DNA of 64,000 nucleotides from Hemiscyllium ocellatum. Lineage: Eukaryota. A program made the translations under genes and the position numbers. Positions within the stretch are counted from its first letter, which is position 1; every line of letters begins with the position of its first letter. Below, piece after piece: positions 34,967-47,634 of this stretch. The DNA is taken from the NCBI RefSeq assembly GCF_020745735.1, contig NC_083412.1, positions 58,432,320 through 58,496,319 on the forward strand. Reading direction: 5' to 3'. The notes under the pieces are model-generated. The model was given only the letters and a program-made list of their open reading frames with translations, did no database searches and had not been told where the DNA came from.

Positions 34967-36110
34967 CAAGAGGAAATGCCCTTTCCATACCTACCCAATC
35001 AAATTCCCTTGGGATCTTAAATCATTCAATTAAATCAACTCTGATTCTTCTGTACTCCAGAAGATACAGGTCTAGCCTATCTATCCTTTCTTCATAAGGG
35101 AATCAGCACTTTCCACTATTAGTCTTGCAAACTTTCTCTGAACTGCTCCCAATGCAGTAACATCCTTCTGTAAGTATGGTGACAAATACTGTACACAGCA
35201 TTTCAGATGCAGTTACCAATGCTCTGTATATCTAAAGAATAGTTTCTCTAGTCTCACATTCAATTCCCCATGCAATAAACCATTCTATAAGCATTTCTGT
35301 TTCCCTGCTGTATGCATTCTAACCTTCTGTGACGCATGCACTAAAGCATCTAGATCTTTCTGCATCTCAGATCTCTACAATCTGTCACCATTTAGAGTCA
35401 TAGAGCTGTACAGCATGGAAACAGACCCTTCCGTCGAACTCATCCATGCCAAACAAATATTTTAAATTAATCTAGTCGTATTTGCCAGCACTTAGCCCAT
35501 ATTCCTCTGAATGCTTCCTATTCATTTTTTATTCGTTCTGCCAGAATTGACATTTTTACATTTTTCCACATTATGGTCTATTTTCCAGCTCTTTGCCCAC
35601 TCATTATATTTGAGAATGTGGTGCTGGAAAAGCACAGCAGGTCAGGCAGCATACGAGGAGCAGGAGAATCGATGTTTCCGGCATTAGCCCTTTATTAGAA
35701 AGGAAGAGAGCGAAGGGAAGCCCTTCCTGATGAAGGGCTTATGTCCAAAACATTGATTGTACTGCTCCTCAGATGCTGCCTGACCTGCTGTACTTTTCCA
35801 GCACCACATTCTTGATTCTGATCTCCAGTGTCTGCAGTCCTCGCTTTCTCCGCTCATTATATTGCTTTGTAGGATCCTCATGTCCTCTTCACAATTCATT
35901 TTCCTACCTATCTTTGTGTCAAAGGAAGCATGTTTAGCTGATTTACTATCAATCTGTTCAACCAAATATTTTAAGTTGTAAAGAATTAATGGCCCAGCAT
36001 TGGCCCACTGTGGCACACCTCTCATAACATTCTGCCTGCCTGAAAAGGGCACATTTATTGTTCCTCTCTGCTTCCTGTTACCATCCAATCGGCAAGACAA
36101 AAGTCGGCAG
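34967..36110 (-). mobile_element. Mosaic of degenerate CR1 fragments
   Basis: CR1 RT (VMRGVPQ..GPL, DTKIG) and tail sequences, interrupted by a PLE hairpin. Confidence 0.7.
35611..35852. mobile_element. PLE-derived hairpin with 11-bp TSD
   Basis: ctcattatatt at 35600-35610 and 35853-35863; inverted arms. Confidence 0.82.
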
Positions 36111-36114
36111 TGTG

Positions 36115-36570
36115 AGAGAATACTCCCCTCTTGCCTGGATGAGTACAGCCCCAATAGTATTCAAGAATCTTGACACCAATTAAGCAGCCCACTTGATTGG
36201 CACCATATCCACAAATTTTCATTCCCTCCATCACAGCTGCTCAGTAGCAGCAAAGTGTACTGAACTGCAGAAAATCACCACGGTTCCTCAGCCAACACCT
36301 TCCAAATTCACAGCCACTTCCATAATGAATGACAAGGGCAACAGAAATGTGGGAACGCCACCACCTACTAGACCCTCCTTACCACAAGTTATCCTGCCTT
36401 TGCTTCAGTGTTTTTGGGTCAAAACCCTGGAATTCCCTTCTTAATGGGTGCATCTCCCTCCAGCACATGTACTACAATGATTAAAGAAGGCAGCTTAAGT
36501 GCAACTAGGGTTGTGCAATAAATGCTGGCCAGTGATGTGCACACCCTATGACAGAATAAATAAAGTTACT
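36115..36570 (+). mobile_element. CR1/L2-group LINE 3' fragment
   Basis: Ends gcaataaatgctggcc...gaataaataaa. Confidence 0.75.
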
Positions 36571-37009
36571 TCATAAACATATACGGGTATGAAAAGTATG
36601 AGAGTGGATTTATATGAGTGAGGCTGGGGGAGGCATCTGTGGAACATGATAGTCAGTATAGAGCAGCTGGGCCAAATGGCCTGTTTCTACCGTGTATCAT
36701 TATTCTGCTGAATTCCTTTAGAATTAATGGGAAGTGTCTTCCTGAACAACTGCTAGATGGTATTATGCTTGTTTAGGAACAAATAAATCCTGGATAATAA
36801 ATATATTTTTTTGAAATGTTTGTGTACATGAGGAATTGATGTATTTTAATATGATTTGCAACAGTTACAAATTTCTGGCCTGCTATAGATATTCTATTGG
36901 ATTCAGTGGAACTGGCGTCTCCTTTAATCCATACCTAATTATGCCTAAGGTTAGAGGGGTTTCAACAATTAATCCACTTTGTTCTCTGAAGTGGCCACCA
37001 GAAATTTTC

Positions 37010-37256
37010 ACTGCCCTCCTTTTCCATCTTTCCCCTCTCACCCTAAACCTATACCCTCTGGTTCTGGACTCCCCCAACCCAGGGAAAAGACTTTATCTAT
37101 TTATCCTATCCATGTCCCTCAAAATTTTGTAAACCTCTATAAGGTCACCCTTCAGCTTCCAACAGTCCAGGGAAAACAGCCCCAGCCTGTCCAACCTCTC
37201 CCTATAGCTCAAATCCTCCAACCCTGGCAACATCCTTGTAAATCTTTTCTTCATTT
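37010..37256 (-). mobile_element. CR1 fragment
   Basis: GESRTRGYRFRVRG motif. Confidence 0.88.
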
Positions 37257-38114
37257 CAGATAGTTTCCTGGGGTTTCCTTGCCTCTGACCTAATCCATTG
37301 TCCAGATCATAAGTCCTTTTTTCTCACTTATATTCTGCATCACTGTAAGCAGGAAGACATGAAAAAGCTTCCCACTCCTTGTTCAGCCCAGAGTTCAGCA
37401 AGTCAAAATGCAACTGTGAAGATCCTTCTTCATAACTCCAATGTGAAAATGTCTTCATTATATTTACCATAGCTACACTCACAGGGGAGATTTCTGCCCA
37501 CAGTTGTAAATTAAACATGTTTATAAAAAGATATGTAAAATTTTACAACATTTGGTAAACTGGCATTTCACTTCAATAGTGAAGTGAGATGAGGTGGTTT
37601 TAACATTTGTCATTTCTTTGAAGCGATACTCACGTGCAAACAATTTGCACCATATCCTGTTTTTCAACACATTATTCTTCTCTGTTCAAAACATGTTAAA
37701 ACAATCAGATGTAAAAGGTTTCAGATGGAATTTTCCTGGGCATTTGGGGGCAGTGTTGGATGGACAGAAATTGCTGAAATAGATGTCGGGTCAGTAATCC
37801 AATTTTTTTCCATTGGGATTGACAGTTAGTTCTTTGAGAGCTCACATAGATGAAACATGCAGTCAGAAAAGTCAATAAAAATCCACTTTACAGGTGCCTT
37901 TTCCCAATAGTGTATGGATTGCACATTGTACAAAAGAGGTGAATGCACAGTGGAAAGCCATTGACATAACACAGCCACTATTATTGCATTATAAAGATGA
38001 GGAGTAGTAATAAATTGCCCAGCTTTTGTGTAAAGTTATCACTAATGTGGTAAATTCTTGGAAAAAATACCGTGGATAGTTTACAACAAGATAAACAAAC
38101 TGCAGCAATACAGA

Positions 38115-38298
38115 GGGAGAAAGTGAGGACTGCAGATGCTGGAGAACAGAGTCAAAAAGTGTGGTTCTGGAAAAGCACTGCTGATCAGCTGAGGAACATT
38201 CTTGATGAAGAGCTTATGATCAAAACGTCGACTCTCCTGCTTCTTAGATGTTGCCTGACTGGCTGTGCTTTTCCAGCTCTGCACTTTTTGACTCATAG
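38115..38298. mobile_element. PLE-derived hairpin, older copy
   Basis: Inverted arms; decayed core ttgatgaagagcttatgatcaaaacgtcga. Confidence 0.75.
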
Positions 38299-38620
38299 CC
38301 GAGGTGAGGTGGAGAGGTAAAGGGCATTATGAGTCTTTAAAGCTGTGTCCTTTTGTCTCATGTATTCTATATAGTCTGAGGTAGGAACTACCACTGAGCA
38401 GAAACTGAGTTTGCCCAATTCAGTATCCACAGCAACAGGGCAAGTTCTCCATTCTACTAGCTGAAGGATTCAACACACAGAATGATATCTGGACAGAGAA
38501 GAGGGAATAGGTGAATGGTTTCACCCAGAAGGTGAAATAGGATTACCTGTGAATAGGATTTATAGGTTAGAGGTTAGCTTCACCAAATTATCAGGGCAGC
38601 ATTCTGTCTGAAGTCTGCAG

Positions 38621-39233
38621 ATATCACAACAGACCAGACACCCTCAAAAGTATTAAGATGATAGCCTAGACCGTATTCTTTTTCTTGTTTTAAAGGTAAA
38701 TGTCAGCTGCTGTGTTCCAGATGCAATTTAATGTGTCTAACTACTCAACATTAAGCAAAATACTATTTATTTAAACACTATAGTTAAAATGCAAAGAAAA
38801 TAACTTGGAATATCTTAACTCTATTGGAAAGGTTAGTAGAATAACAGAAACAGTAACTATCACTAATTAACTCCTCCAATATAGTAACATTCCATAGACA
38901 TACCCTTGGCAAAGAAATTAGAAAACATGTTGTTTCACATGCAATCCAGCAGCCCAGGAAGAGAACTCCCAGTTTTGGCTGTAGTCAAGAGTGGAAAAAT
39001 GGTTTCTACTGCTTCAAGACCCCAACAGCAACTACTGCTGAAAACACTAATAACTAAAAGTCCTAGTTCTGTGGGTGGGAGCTTGACCACACCATTAAGG
39101 CTGCTTCTATTGTTCCAGCTTTAAAAAAAAACACACCCAAGGTTTCTTCTCATAGACTACTCAGCACCTGTCCCCCAATCTTTCTCTAAAAGAAACCAGG
39201 GCAAAGCACATCTCTTGAAGCCACAGCATCACC
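38621..39233. mobile_element. Solo LTR related to the Gypsy LTR at 21011-21636
   Basis: gaccagac.ccctcaaaa..attaaga.g.tagcctagacc start and colinear homology. Confidence 0.7.
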
Positions 39234-39913
39234 ATATGGACACTGCGCCCCGAAGGATAATCTAATATCATTGGAAAGAGGAGACCATATGGTGGTTAAG
39301 GTGACTTTTTGTGGAAGATGCCTGAAGGCCATTCTGGTATGTTAGGATTATTCAGAAATATTTATGATGTGCCTGGCATGGGTCTGTAAGCTAGCAAAGC
39401 CCATAATGGTTTTGTCTAATCACTTATCAATTCAGGGCAATACTTCCATCAATGCTCTGCAGACAGCTCTTGCCCTGGCACTCACACCTATCCTTACACA
39501 TCAGTCTCTTTCTGCACACAGATATCTCTATTTCGTTCCCATATTACATCCTCCTCCTACAATCCCACGGTATTCTCCATACTTGAATCTCCCCAGTGTC
39601 ACCATGAGTCCGATAATGAGGTGATCCCTGATACAAATTAGGAGACAAGACTCTTTGAAGTAAAATATAACATTCAACAATAACACTACAAGTTTGATTG
39701 TGATTCTGAAATGAAAAAAAATTACAATGTCATTCCAAGTAATCATTCTTCAGGGCATCCCATTTGTTGTAATTTTAGTTCTACAGCAGATTCTGTCTCA
39801 AGTACTGAGGAATCAGTCACTCCAGTGAGTAATGGATACATTGTTATCAGAGTTAACTTACACTGATTTATATCTCATCATGTGTGTAGAAAGAAACCCA
39901 GAGTAATAGCAAT

Positions 39914-40155
39914 TAAGGGGCAACTTTTTCACACAGAGGATGGCGTGTATATGGAATGAGCTGCCAGAGGAAGTGGTGGAGGCTGGTACAATTATAACAT
40001 TTAAAAAGCATCTGGATGGGTATATGAATAGGAAGGGTTTAGTGGGATATGAGCCAAATGCTGGCAAATGGGATGAGATTAGTTTAGGATACCTGGTTGG
40101 CATGGACGAGTTGGACCAAAGGGTCTGTTTCCATGCTGTACATCTCTATGACTGT
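39914..40155 (+). mobile_element. CR1 3' end
   Basis: WNELPEEVVEAGTI motif and tail. Confidence 0.9.
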
Positions 40156-41600
40156 ATAATAACAATCTGCAACCATCATGTGAGGAGATCCATATCTTCT
40201 GCATGTGTTTCATTACTTTTCCTGAAGTCAAATGATTTAATAACAGATGAGGAAATCATTTGTTCTGAAAGTTTTCTGGAACTGTCTTAACTGAGATTGT
40301 TAAGCTAACTGCAGGAAATTTTGCACTTAGACATTAATGTGAAATGTGTAACCAGGCACTTTCATGATTTCATTTCCACAGAAGCCGAAGCTGTCATAGG
40401 GTGCTTCTTATTTTCTTTGGCTTTGCACTACCTATCCTTTGAACAGAACAAAAACCGAATGTCATTTTCCGGATTGCCATGTGTAGCGCCTGACTTGTGC
40501 CTAAAATAACGGCCTCATTTCCTTACAGAAACTACAAGTACTTCTTTCACAGTGATGAAAGTTGAGATGTCCTGAGATCATGAAATATACAAGCAAATCT
40601 TTTTCTTCCTTTGAAAGAATAATCATTTTGGATCTGTACTATACTGTAAATTAATTTATTTACTGAACTGTACCCATTTACATTCAATATGCTAAGACAT
40701 AAAGCTCATGTATTTTATCACAACTTATCTGCTTATTTTGCTTGATTTGACTTTAGGATCTAATGTGAAATTTACAACAATCTCTATCAAGTTTCTTTTC
40801 CCCCCAGTCACCAGGCAGGTGCGTTGAGAAGATCTTCCTAGATTCCAACAGGTGCAAAATAACCCAGTTCACAGCCCCATCGCAGCTCAGTAAACCCAGC
40901 TGCTGCATTTACTTTTTATTACAATAACTAGCAACTTTTTTACAGCTGAGTTCTAGCACTTAATCTCTTACTAACATCTGCAAAAAGCACTGCCTAAAAA
41001 GCCATCATAACATTTGGAGAGGCACTGTTAAAGGGATGAGCCAATCATTCAATAAATTCCTCTTCCTTCTGCACAACTCCAAGGTTCCTACTCGGTAAGT
41101 GTATTAATAACATGGTGAATGTCCCCCAGATGATATTATGTTCTATGCAGATCATTTACCCAAAATGACAACATTGAAAATTGTTATGCAATATTAATAT
41201 ACCTCAGTAATGCTAAGGCACATGTTAAAACTATGCCTCACAAACCCATGAATAGCTTAATCTCAGTCCTCACCATTTATTAGCTTGCGAGAGATGTTCA
41301 AAATCTTGTGAACTTGGAACCTGTATCAAATTAATCTCTAAGAAATTCACCCAAATCATTGATCAAACCTGAAACAAAGTGATTGTGGTTCACCACAGTC
41401 CAGATAACTTGCTGACAGATATCTCAATTTGATTTAATACTCTTCATATCCTTCACACACATTTTCCAATTGGCAACATTCATACTAGTCCTCACACACA
41501 TAGATCACAAAATACTGCCTAAGCTCTAACCATTACCATATTTCTTGAATTGATAGTTCTATACTAATCATTCTTATCAGTTCTTTCTCAAGATAATGGT

Positions 41601-41910
41601 GGGCGGCACGGTGGCACAGTGGTTAGCACTGCTGCCTCACAGCGCCTGTAGACCCGGGTTCAATTCCCGACTCAGGCGACTGACTGTGTGGAGTTTGCAC
41701 GTTCTCCCCGTGTCTGCGTGGGTTTCCTCCGGGTGCTCTGGTTTCCTCCCACAGTCACAAAGATGTGCGGGTCAGGTGAATTGGCCAAGCTAAATTGCCC
41801 GTAGTGTTAGGTAAGGGGTAAATGTAGGGGTATGGGTGGGTTGCGCTTCGGCGGGTCGGTGTGGACTTGTTGGGCCGAAGGGCCTGTTTCCACACTGTAA
41901 GTCTAATCAT
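41601..41910 (+). mobile_element. HE1-like V-SINE, young full-length copy
   Basis: A/B-box tRNA-like head, V-domain, CR1-like tail; CpGs intact. Confidence 0.95.
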
Positions 41911-42131
41911 AATTCTATCTAATTTCCTATCAACATACAGCAGTGGAACAGTATTAGTTTAAGTCAAAAATAATATCCTGTTAGAATGCAGCCCTGGTTC
42001 TATGACCTTCCTTATTCTCTTGACTATATGTTTTATTTCTACTTTCAATTCCTAATCTCCCTCTGTATCACTTTACTAAAATTTCACCATATTATTTCCC
42101 TTTTGTTCCATTGTACCTGCTTTGAAGTAGG

Positions 42132-42705
42132 GATCACACAGTATCAGGTTATTGACCAGTAGGCTTATATGGAAGTACAGCTTTCGGAACACAGTTGCTT
42201 TGTCAGGTAGCAGGATCAGTGGAGCAGGATCATAGGGCACAGAATTTATAGCAAAAGATCATAGTGTCAGACAACTTATGCAATATATTGAATAAACCTA
42301 TATTGCTCTTAAGTCGTTCATCTTTTAGAATGGGTTGCAGGTTTGGATTAGTTAATATGTAAATCCCAGAACTTCTTTCAAGTCACATTCCCGAGATAAC
42401 TTAAGGTTTTATATATTTAAAAATGACATCTCAGCTCAAACAATGCATTTAACGTGTGAGGTTAGAGTCTGTACACATCCCAATCTTAAGTCAGACTTGT
42501 TCTATTTCCAACGTACGAATTTATAAACTGTCACATGGATTATTTAAAAAATTGACCGCTTATAGATTGTGTGTTATTTGCACAAAAAAGAATATTTCTG
42601 CAAATACAATTCTGCAAATGCAAATTCACCCTATAAACTTATATGTATGTGCGCTAGCATGTGAGGTGGGGGGGGGTGGTGGTGGCAGAGAGAGAGAGAG
42701 ATTGT

Positions 42706-42750
<45 letters not shown>

Positions 42751-43540
42751 CCTGAGAGAAAGTGTGTGTATCCTCTCTCATACACACACTGTCTCTCAGG
42801 CAGACACATACACTCCACAATCACACCCATGCATATAACCTCTCACAGGCATTTACTCCATCACACTCATGCACACACTCTATCAAGCATACACATACAC
42901 ACATGCACACCCTCTCTCCCTTTCTCACACACACACACACTCTCACTCTCTCTCTTTCTCCCTCACATGCACGCACACACATATAATTCTATGTGGTGAA
43001 TTTGCATTTGCAGAATTGTATTTGGAGATACATTCTATTTTGTTCAAAAAGCACACAATCTGTATGCAGTCAATATTTTTCATAATCCATGTCTATATAT
43101 ATATATATATAAATTCCTACTTTGGAAATAGAACCAGTCTGACTCTAGTTTGGAATACAAACAGACTCTAACCTCACACCTTTAATGCATTGACTGAGCA
43201 GAAATACCACTTTCTTAAATAAAATTTAAATTTATCTTAGGAATGAGACTTGAAAGAAGTTTTGGGATTTACATATTAATAAGTCAAAACCTGAAACCCA
43301 TTCAAAAGGTTGAGAGACTTAACAACAACCAAGGTTCATTCAATATATCGCATCAGTTGTCTGATACGATAATCTTTTGTGATAAAGTCTGTGTCCCATG
43401 ATCCTGCCCCACTAGTTACCTGATGAAGGAGCAGCGTTCTGAAAGCTAGTGCTTCCAAATAAACCTGTTGGACCATAACCAGGTGCTGTGTGATTTTTAA
43501 CTTTATCCACCCCAGTCCAACACCGCATCTCCACATCATA
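42132..43540. mobile_element. 1.4-kb foldback PLE-derived element with 12-bp TSD
   Basis: Arms 42132-42666 and 42961-43497 are inverted; (GT)n/(CA)n core; ctttgaagtagg at 42120-42131 and 43541-43552. Confidence 0.85.
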
Positions 43541-43789
43541 CTTTGAAGTAGGCATTAGATTTCCTCAAATAATTCCCCTCCCATGCTTGATATCTCATGG
43601 TTCTATCTTTGGCTCTTTATTTTGGTTTCTACTAAATTTCCTTTACAAACAACTTGCACAAAGATGTCAGCTTGCACACATATACTAAAAGTACAATGTT
43701 GTTGACCAAGACCATCAATTTCAATATTGCTTAAAATTAAATGTCAAGAATTAGCTGAACCTTACTATCTACAATTCTCTGGCTCCATC

Positions 43790-44175
43790 TTCACCAACTT
43801 TCCCACTTACCCATTTAGGCTATATGCTTGGAAAATCCTGCAGGGTCTACTGACAATATGAAGATTAAGAATAGCAGCCACTAAAACTTCCATTGCTGGC
43901 CTCCCCCATCTAAGGGATGCACTGCAGCAGCTCTCTAGGACCACTGAGGCAGCACCTTGCAAATTTGCAATGTCATCAACAAGAAGGGTTAGGATTAGCA
44001 GCAAGTGCATTGGATGTCACCACCTCCATGGTGTCCCACCTCAGGCTCACCATTCTGACTTGAGACTATATTTCCATTCCTTCACTGATACCCAGTCAAG
44101 GTCCTGAAACTTCCAACGTATCAGCACAGTAACTCACTATAATTTTCTCAAGGGTATGTGGGAATGCACAATAAG
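43790..44175 (+). mobile_element. CR1/L2-group LINE 3' fragment
   Basis: Homology to the 3265-3600 and 36300-36570 tails. Confidence 0.55.
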
Positions 44176-44177
44176 GT

Positions 44178-45165
44178 ATTTATATAAATGATTTAGGTGA
44201 GAGCACAAGAGATATAGTTAGTAAGTTTGCAGATGACACCAAAATTGGAGGTGTAGTGGACAGTGAAGAAGGTTACCTCAGATTACAAAGGGATTTTGAT
44301 CAGATGGGCCAATGGGCTGAGAAGTGGCAGGTGGAGTTTAGTTCAGATAAATGCGAGGAGCTGCATTTTCAGAAGGCAAATATTAGCAGAATTTATACAC
44401 TTAATGGCAAGGTCCAAGGGAGTTTTGCTGAACAAAGAGACCTTGGAGTGCAGGTTCATGGCTCCGTGAAAGTGGAGTCACAGGTAGATAGGATAGTGAA
44501 GGCAGTGTTTGGTATGCTTTCCTTTATTGGTCAGAGTATTGAGTACAGGAGTTGGGAGGTCATGTTGCGGCTGTACAGGACATTGGTTAGGCCACTGTTG
44601 GAATATTGTGCACAATTCTAGTCTCCTTCCTATCAGAAAGATGTTGTGAAACTTGAAAGGACTCAGAAAAGATTTACAAGGATATTGCCAGGGTTGGAGG
44701 ATTTGGGCTATAGGGAGAGGTTGGATAGGCTGGGGCTGTTTTCCCTGGAGCGTCGGAGGCTAAGGCATGACCTTATAGAGGTTTGTAAAATCATGAGGGG
44801 CATGGATAGGATAAATAGACAAAGTCTTTTCCCTGGGGTCGGCGGGGGGGGGGGGGGGGGGTCCAGAACTACAGGACATAGGTTTAGGGTCAGAGGGGAA
44901 AGACATAAAAAAGACCTAAGGGGCAACTTTTTCACGCAGTGGGTGGTACATGAATGGAATGAGCTGCCAGAGGAAGTGGTGGAGGCTGGTACAATTGCAA
45001 CATTTAAAAGGCATCAGGATGGGTATATGAATAGGAAGGGTTTGGAGGGATATGGGCTGGGTGCCGGCAGATGGGACTAGACTGGGTTGGGATATCTGGT
45101 CGGCATGGACGGTTGGACTGAAGAATCTGTTTTCATGCTATACATCTCTATGTCTCTATGACGCT
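44178..45165 (+). mobile_element. CR1 3' kilobase
   Basis: ORFs 44256-45080 (FADDTK, LYRTLVRPLLEY, WNELPEEVVEAG). Confidence 0.93.
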
Positions 45166-45179
45166 AAGTTCTGCTGTTT

Positions 45180-45590
45180 TTTGGATAAGATGTTAAACTA
45201 GAGCCATTTCTGACCCATGGCATAATTTCAAATAAAAGCAAGTGAATTATCCCCATTGTCCCAGTCAATATCCTGGCCTCAATCAACATAACAAAAACAG
45301 TTTTTCTCATCATCATCACATTGTTGTTTGTTAAGGTTTGCTCAAATTGGCTGCCAAATTTCCTACAGCAATGACTAAATGTTATAAGGATCCTGAAGAA
45401 GGGTTACACCTGAAACGTCGACTTCTCCTCCTCCTGATGCTGCCTGGCTTGCTACGTTCTTCCAGCTGCCTGCCTATCTGTCTTGGATTCCAGCATCTAC
45501 GGATTTTTTTTTTGTCTTAGCCATATTTCCTACAGCAGTGACTAAACTTATAAGTATGTCATTGAATTTAAAGGGCTTTTTGAGATTAAA
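45180..45590 (+). mobile_element. DeuSINE/SacSINE1-like SINE remnant containing a short PLE terminus (45389-45519)
   Basis: catcacattg.tgtttg...aaattggctgcc..tttcctac..ca.tgacta resembles the Deu-domain region as I recall it; not database-checked. Confidence 0.55.
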
Positions 45591-46596
45591 AACCTGTTTA
45601 GAAACTGTTAGAATTGGAAATGGACAAACTAGCTGCATTGGGCCTCCATTTTGAAATATACAAAATGAGACAAACCAGTATGTGCCATTTGCATGTTTTA
45701 CCATCTATTCCTTCAACATTATGTTTGATAAGAGATAATGCATGAAGGTCAGTCTTCCCATTTTACTCTAGTTTTTTTTTAAAAAAATGCCACTTGATGG
45801 TTGGATGTGTGCTTGTGAGACTGTTCATTGGACCTGACAAATACTTGATATAAGGCTTAGACCCACTATATCCAAAATGTGATCCAATTACACATCTAAC
45901 AAACTCCAATTGGACCGTTAGTGGAAGTCCCTAGAAAGTTGCAGCCTTTGGTCTGCATTAATTAGGACCCCAACATGTGTTGTATGTAGATTTTACAGAA
46001 CCAGAAAGCCACCAGATTTCTTCCTTAAATGCCAATGCCTGCAGGGATTTGAGGAGGATCACTCCCACAGTTATCTTTGTCCTCAAAATCTGAACTCAAG
46101 TTCTCCCCCAGATTCTGAATTTCAGAACATTCAGAGCTGATTTCAGGACATGTGTTGCTGTTTTCTGATCTGATTCTCATCTTTGTGTAACTACTATCAG
46201 AGCACAGCAATATTTCTCCATTGTTGGATTCTCACACAGGGTGCCTCACAGTAAGATGACATTTACATTGCTGAGTTACTGCTGTAAGGGAGGGGTTCAT
46301 TTCTTCCAATGTGCGAGGGGAGGTGATGCATGCTCAATAATAGTCTGGTTGCTATCCATCAAAATATTCAGTTCATCTGTTGTCACTTAACCTGGAGGAA
46401 ACTGGGGTGAAACCAAACGTGTTGGTAGGAATAGGGTTTAATTGCCAAAAAGGAGGCTTCCTGCACAGCATGCTGTAAAGCTGCAGAACTTATCATTGTC
46501 ACCATCTTAACCATGACAACCCTGTTTGCATTTTGCCTCAGAAAAGGCGTCCGTTTGAATGCCAAAAGTGCTGTATAAAAGGGTAAAATTTAGGTT

Positions 46597-46616
46597 TGAG
46601 TCACCACACAGGAAAT
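46597..46616 (+). promoter_or_regulatory. AP-1 + RUNX + ETS composite motif, candidate enhancer
   Basis: TGAGTCA (46597-46603), ACCACA (46603-46608), CAGGAAAT (46609-46616) in unique sequence; second RUNX site TGTGGTT at 46703. Confidence 0.45.
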
Positions 46617-47634
46617 GTGCAGTCTGATACACACGGATCTTGCGAAGTGAGCAGGTCTGTGCTTGAATCTATGTAACTGGTTGCTATCGACATTGTGTGA
46701 TCTGTGGTTTGTCACCAGAATACATAAAAGCAAAACATGAAAACAGCTGCTTACATATTTGGAAATAGTCTATTTAGCACTAAAAATGTGATCAATATGC
46801 CACAATATTCTGTTTCAAAATGCATGAAAAATTCCTTTATAAAGCTTCCTTAACAGAAAATGAAACTAAGGAACAGAACTTTGTGCAAATTAGGATTTAA
46901 TGAAATTTGCTGTGAGTTGGAATTGTTCTTGACCCTTTACATTCATAGACTATCTCTTTAAACAACAGGACTAAGTCATTGGTAAATAAACAGCAAAAGG
47001 GTTGAGCAGAAGGGTAAACTAAAGAGGATGAAGTAAATGATACATAGGTACACTGCAATAAAAATGAAATAAAAATAGGATTAGGCAAGAGAGAAAGAGA
47101 AAGCAAGGAAAAGTAATTTTTAAAGAAATCTAATTTATGATATGATAGTTCTAAAGTCTAAAATTATTCAGAACAGTATAATTGAGCCAACACAATTAGA
47201 ATTGTCCATATCTAGTGAAAACCAGGTTTGTTGACAGTCATCAACACTTACAAAGTTTAAAGGGCATGTACATTCATAATGCCTCTGATTAATTTAGGAA
47301 ATATGTAAGTAAATGATTTATGTTAATGGATTGGTTAATTGACTATGTATAGATAAAGATGGAACTGGAGCTATTGTGGTGCAATGGTAATGTCCTCTGG
47401 TTTAGTAGACCTCGGATCAAGTCCCACGTGTTCCAAAGGTGTAACGTACAATGTCTGTACAGAATGATTAGAAACATCTATAAAGCTGGGAATGATGTGT
47501 GGAAGGAGCTGTGAAATTGAGCACTTAATAAACTCTATCCACAAAGAAAGATGTCTGTTTCTGTCTCACTGACCATTTTGGATCCAGGTTTACTTTGGTG
47601 GCAGGGGATGGTACCTAAATGTTAAAAACTATAA

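Noticed and set aside
39597-39866. Frame resembling a receptor tail (SSTEESVTPVSNGYIV)
   Set aside because: Two internal stops and no recognisable homology; compatible with chance
41601-41680. tRNA-like sequence with A and B boxes
   Set aside because: SINE head that continues into the V-domain and CR1 tail; not a tRNA gene
44844-44861. G18 run (and C-rich run at 60807-60840) with G-quadruplex potential
   Set aside because: Homopolymer expansions inside dead retroelements; possibly length-uncertain in the assembly
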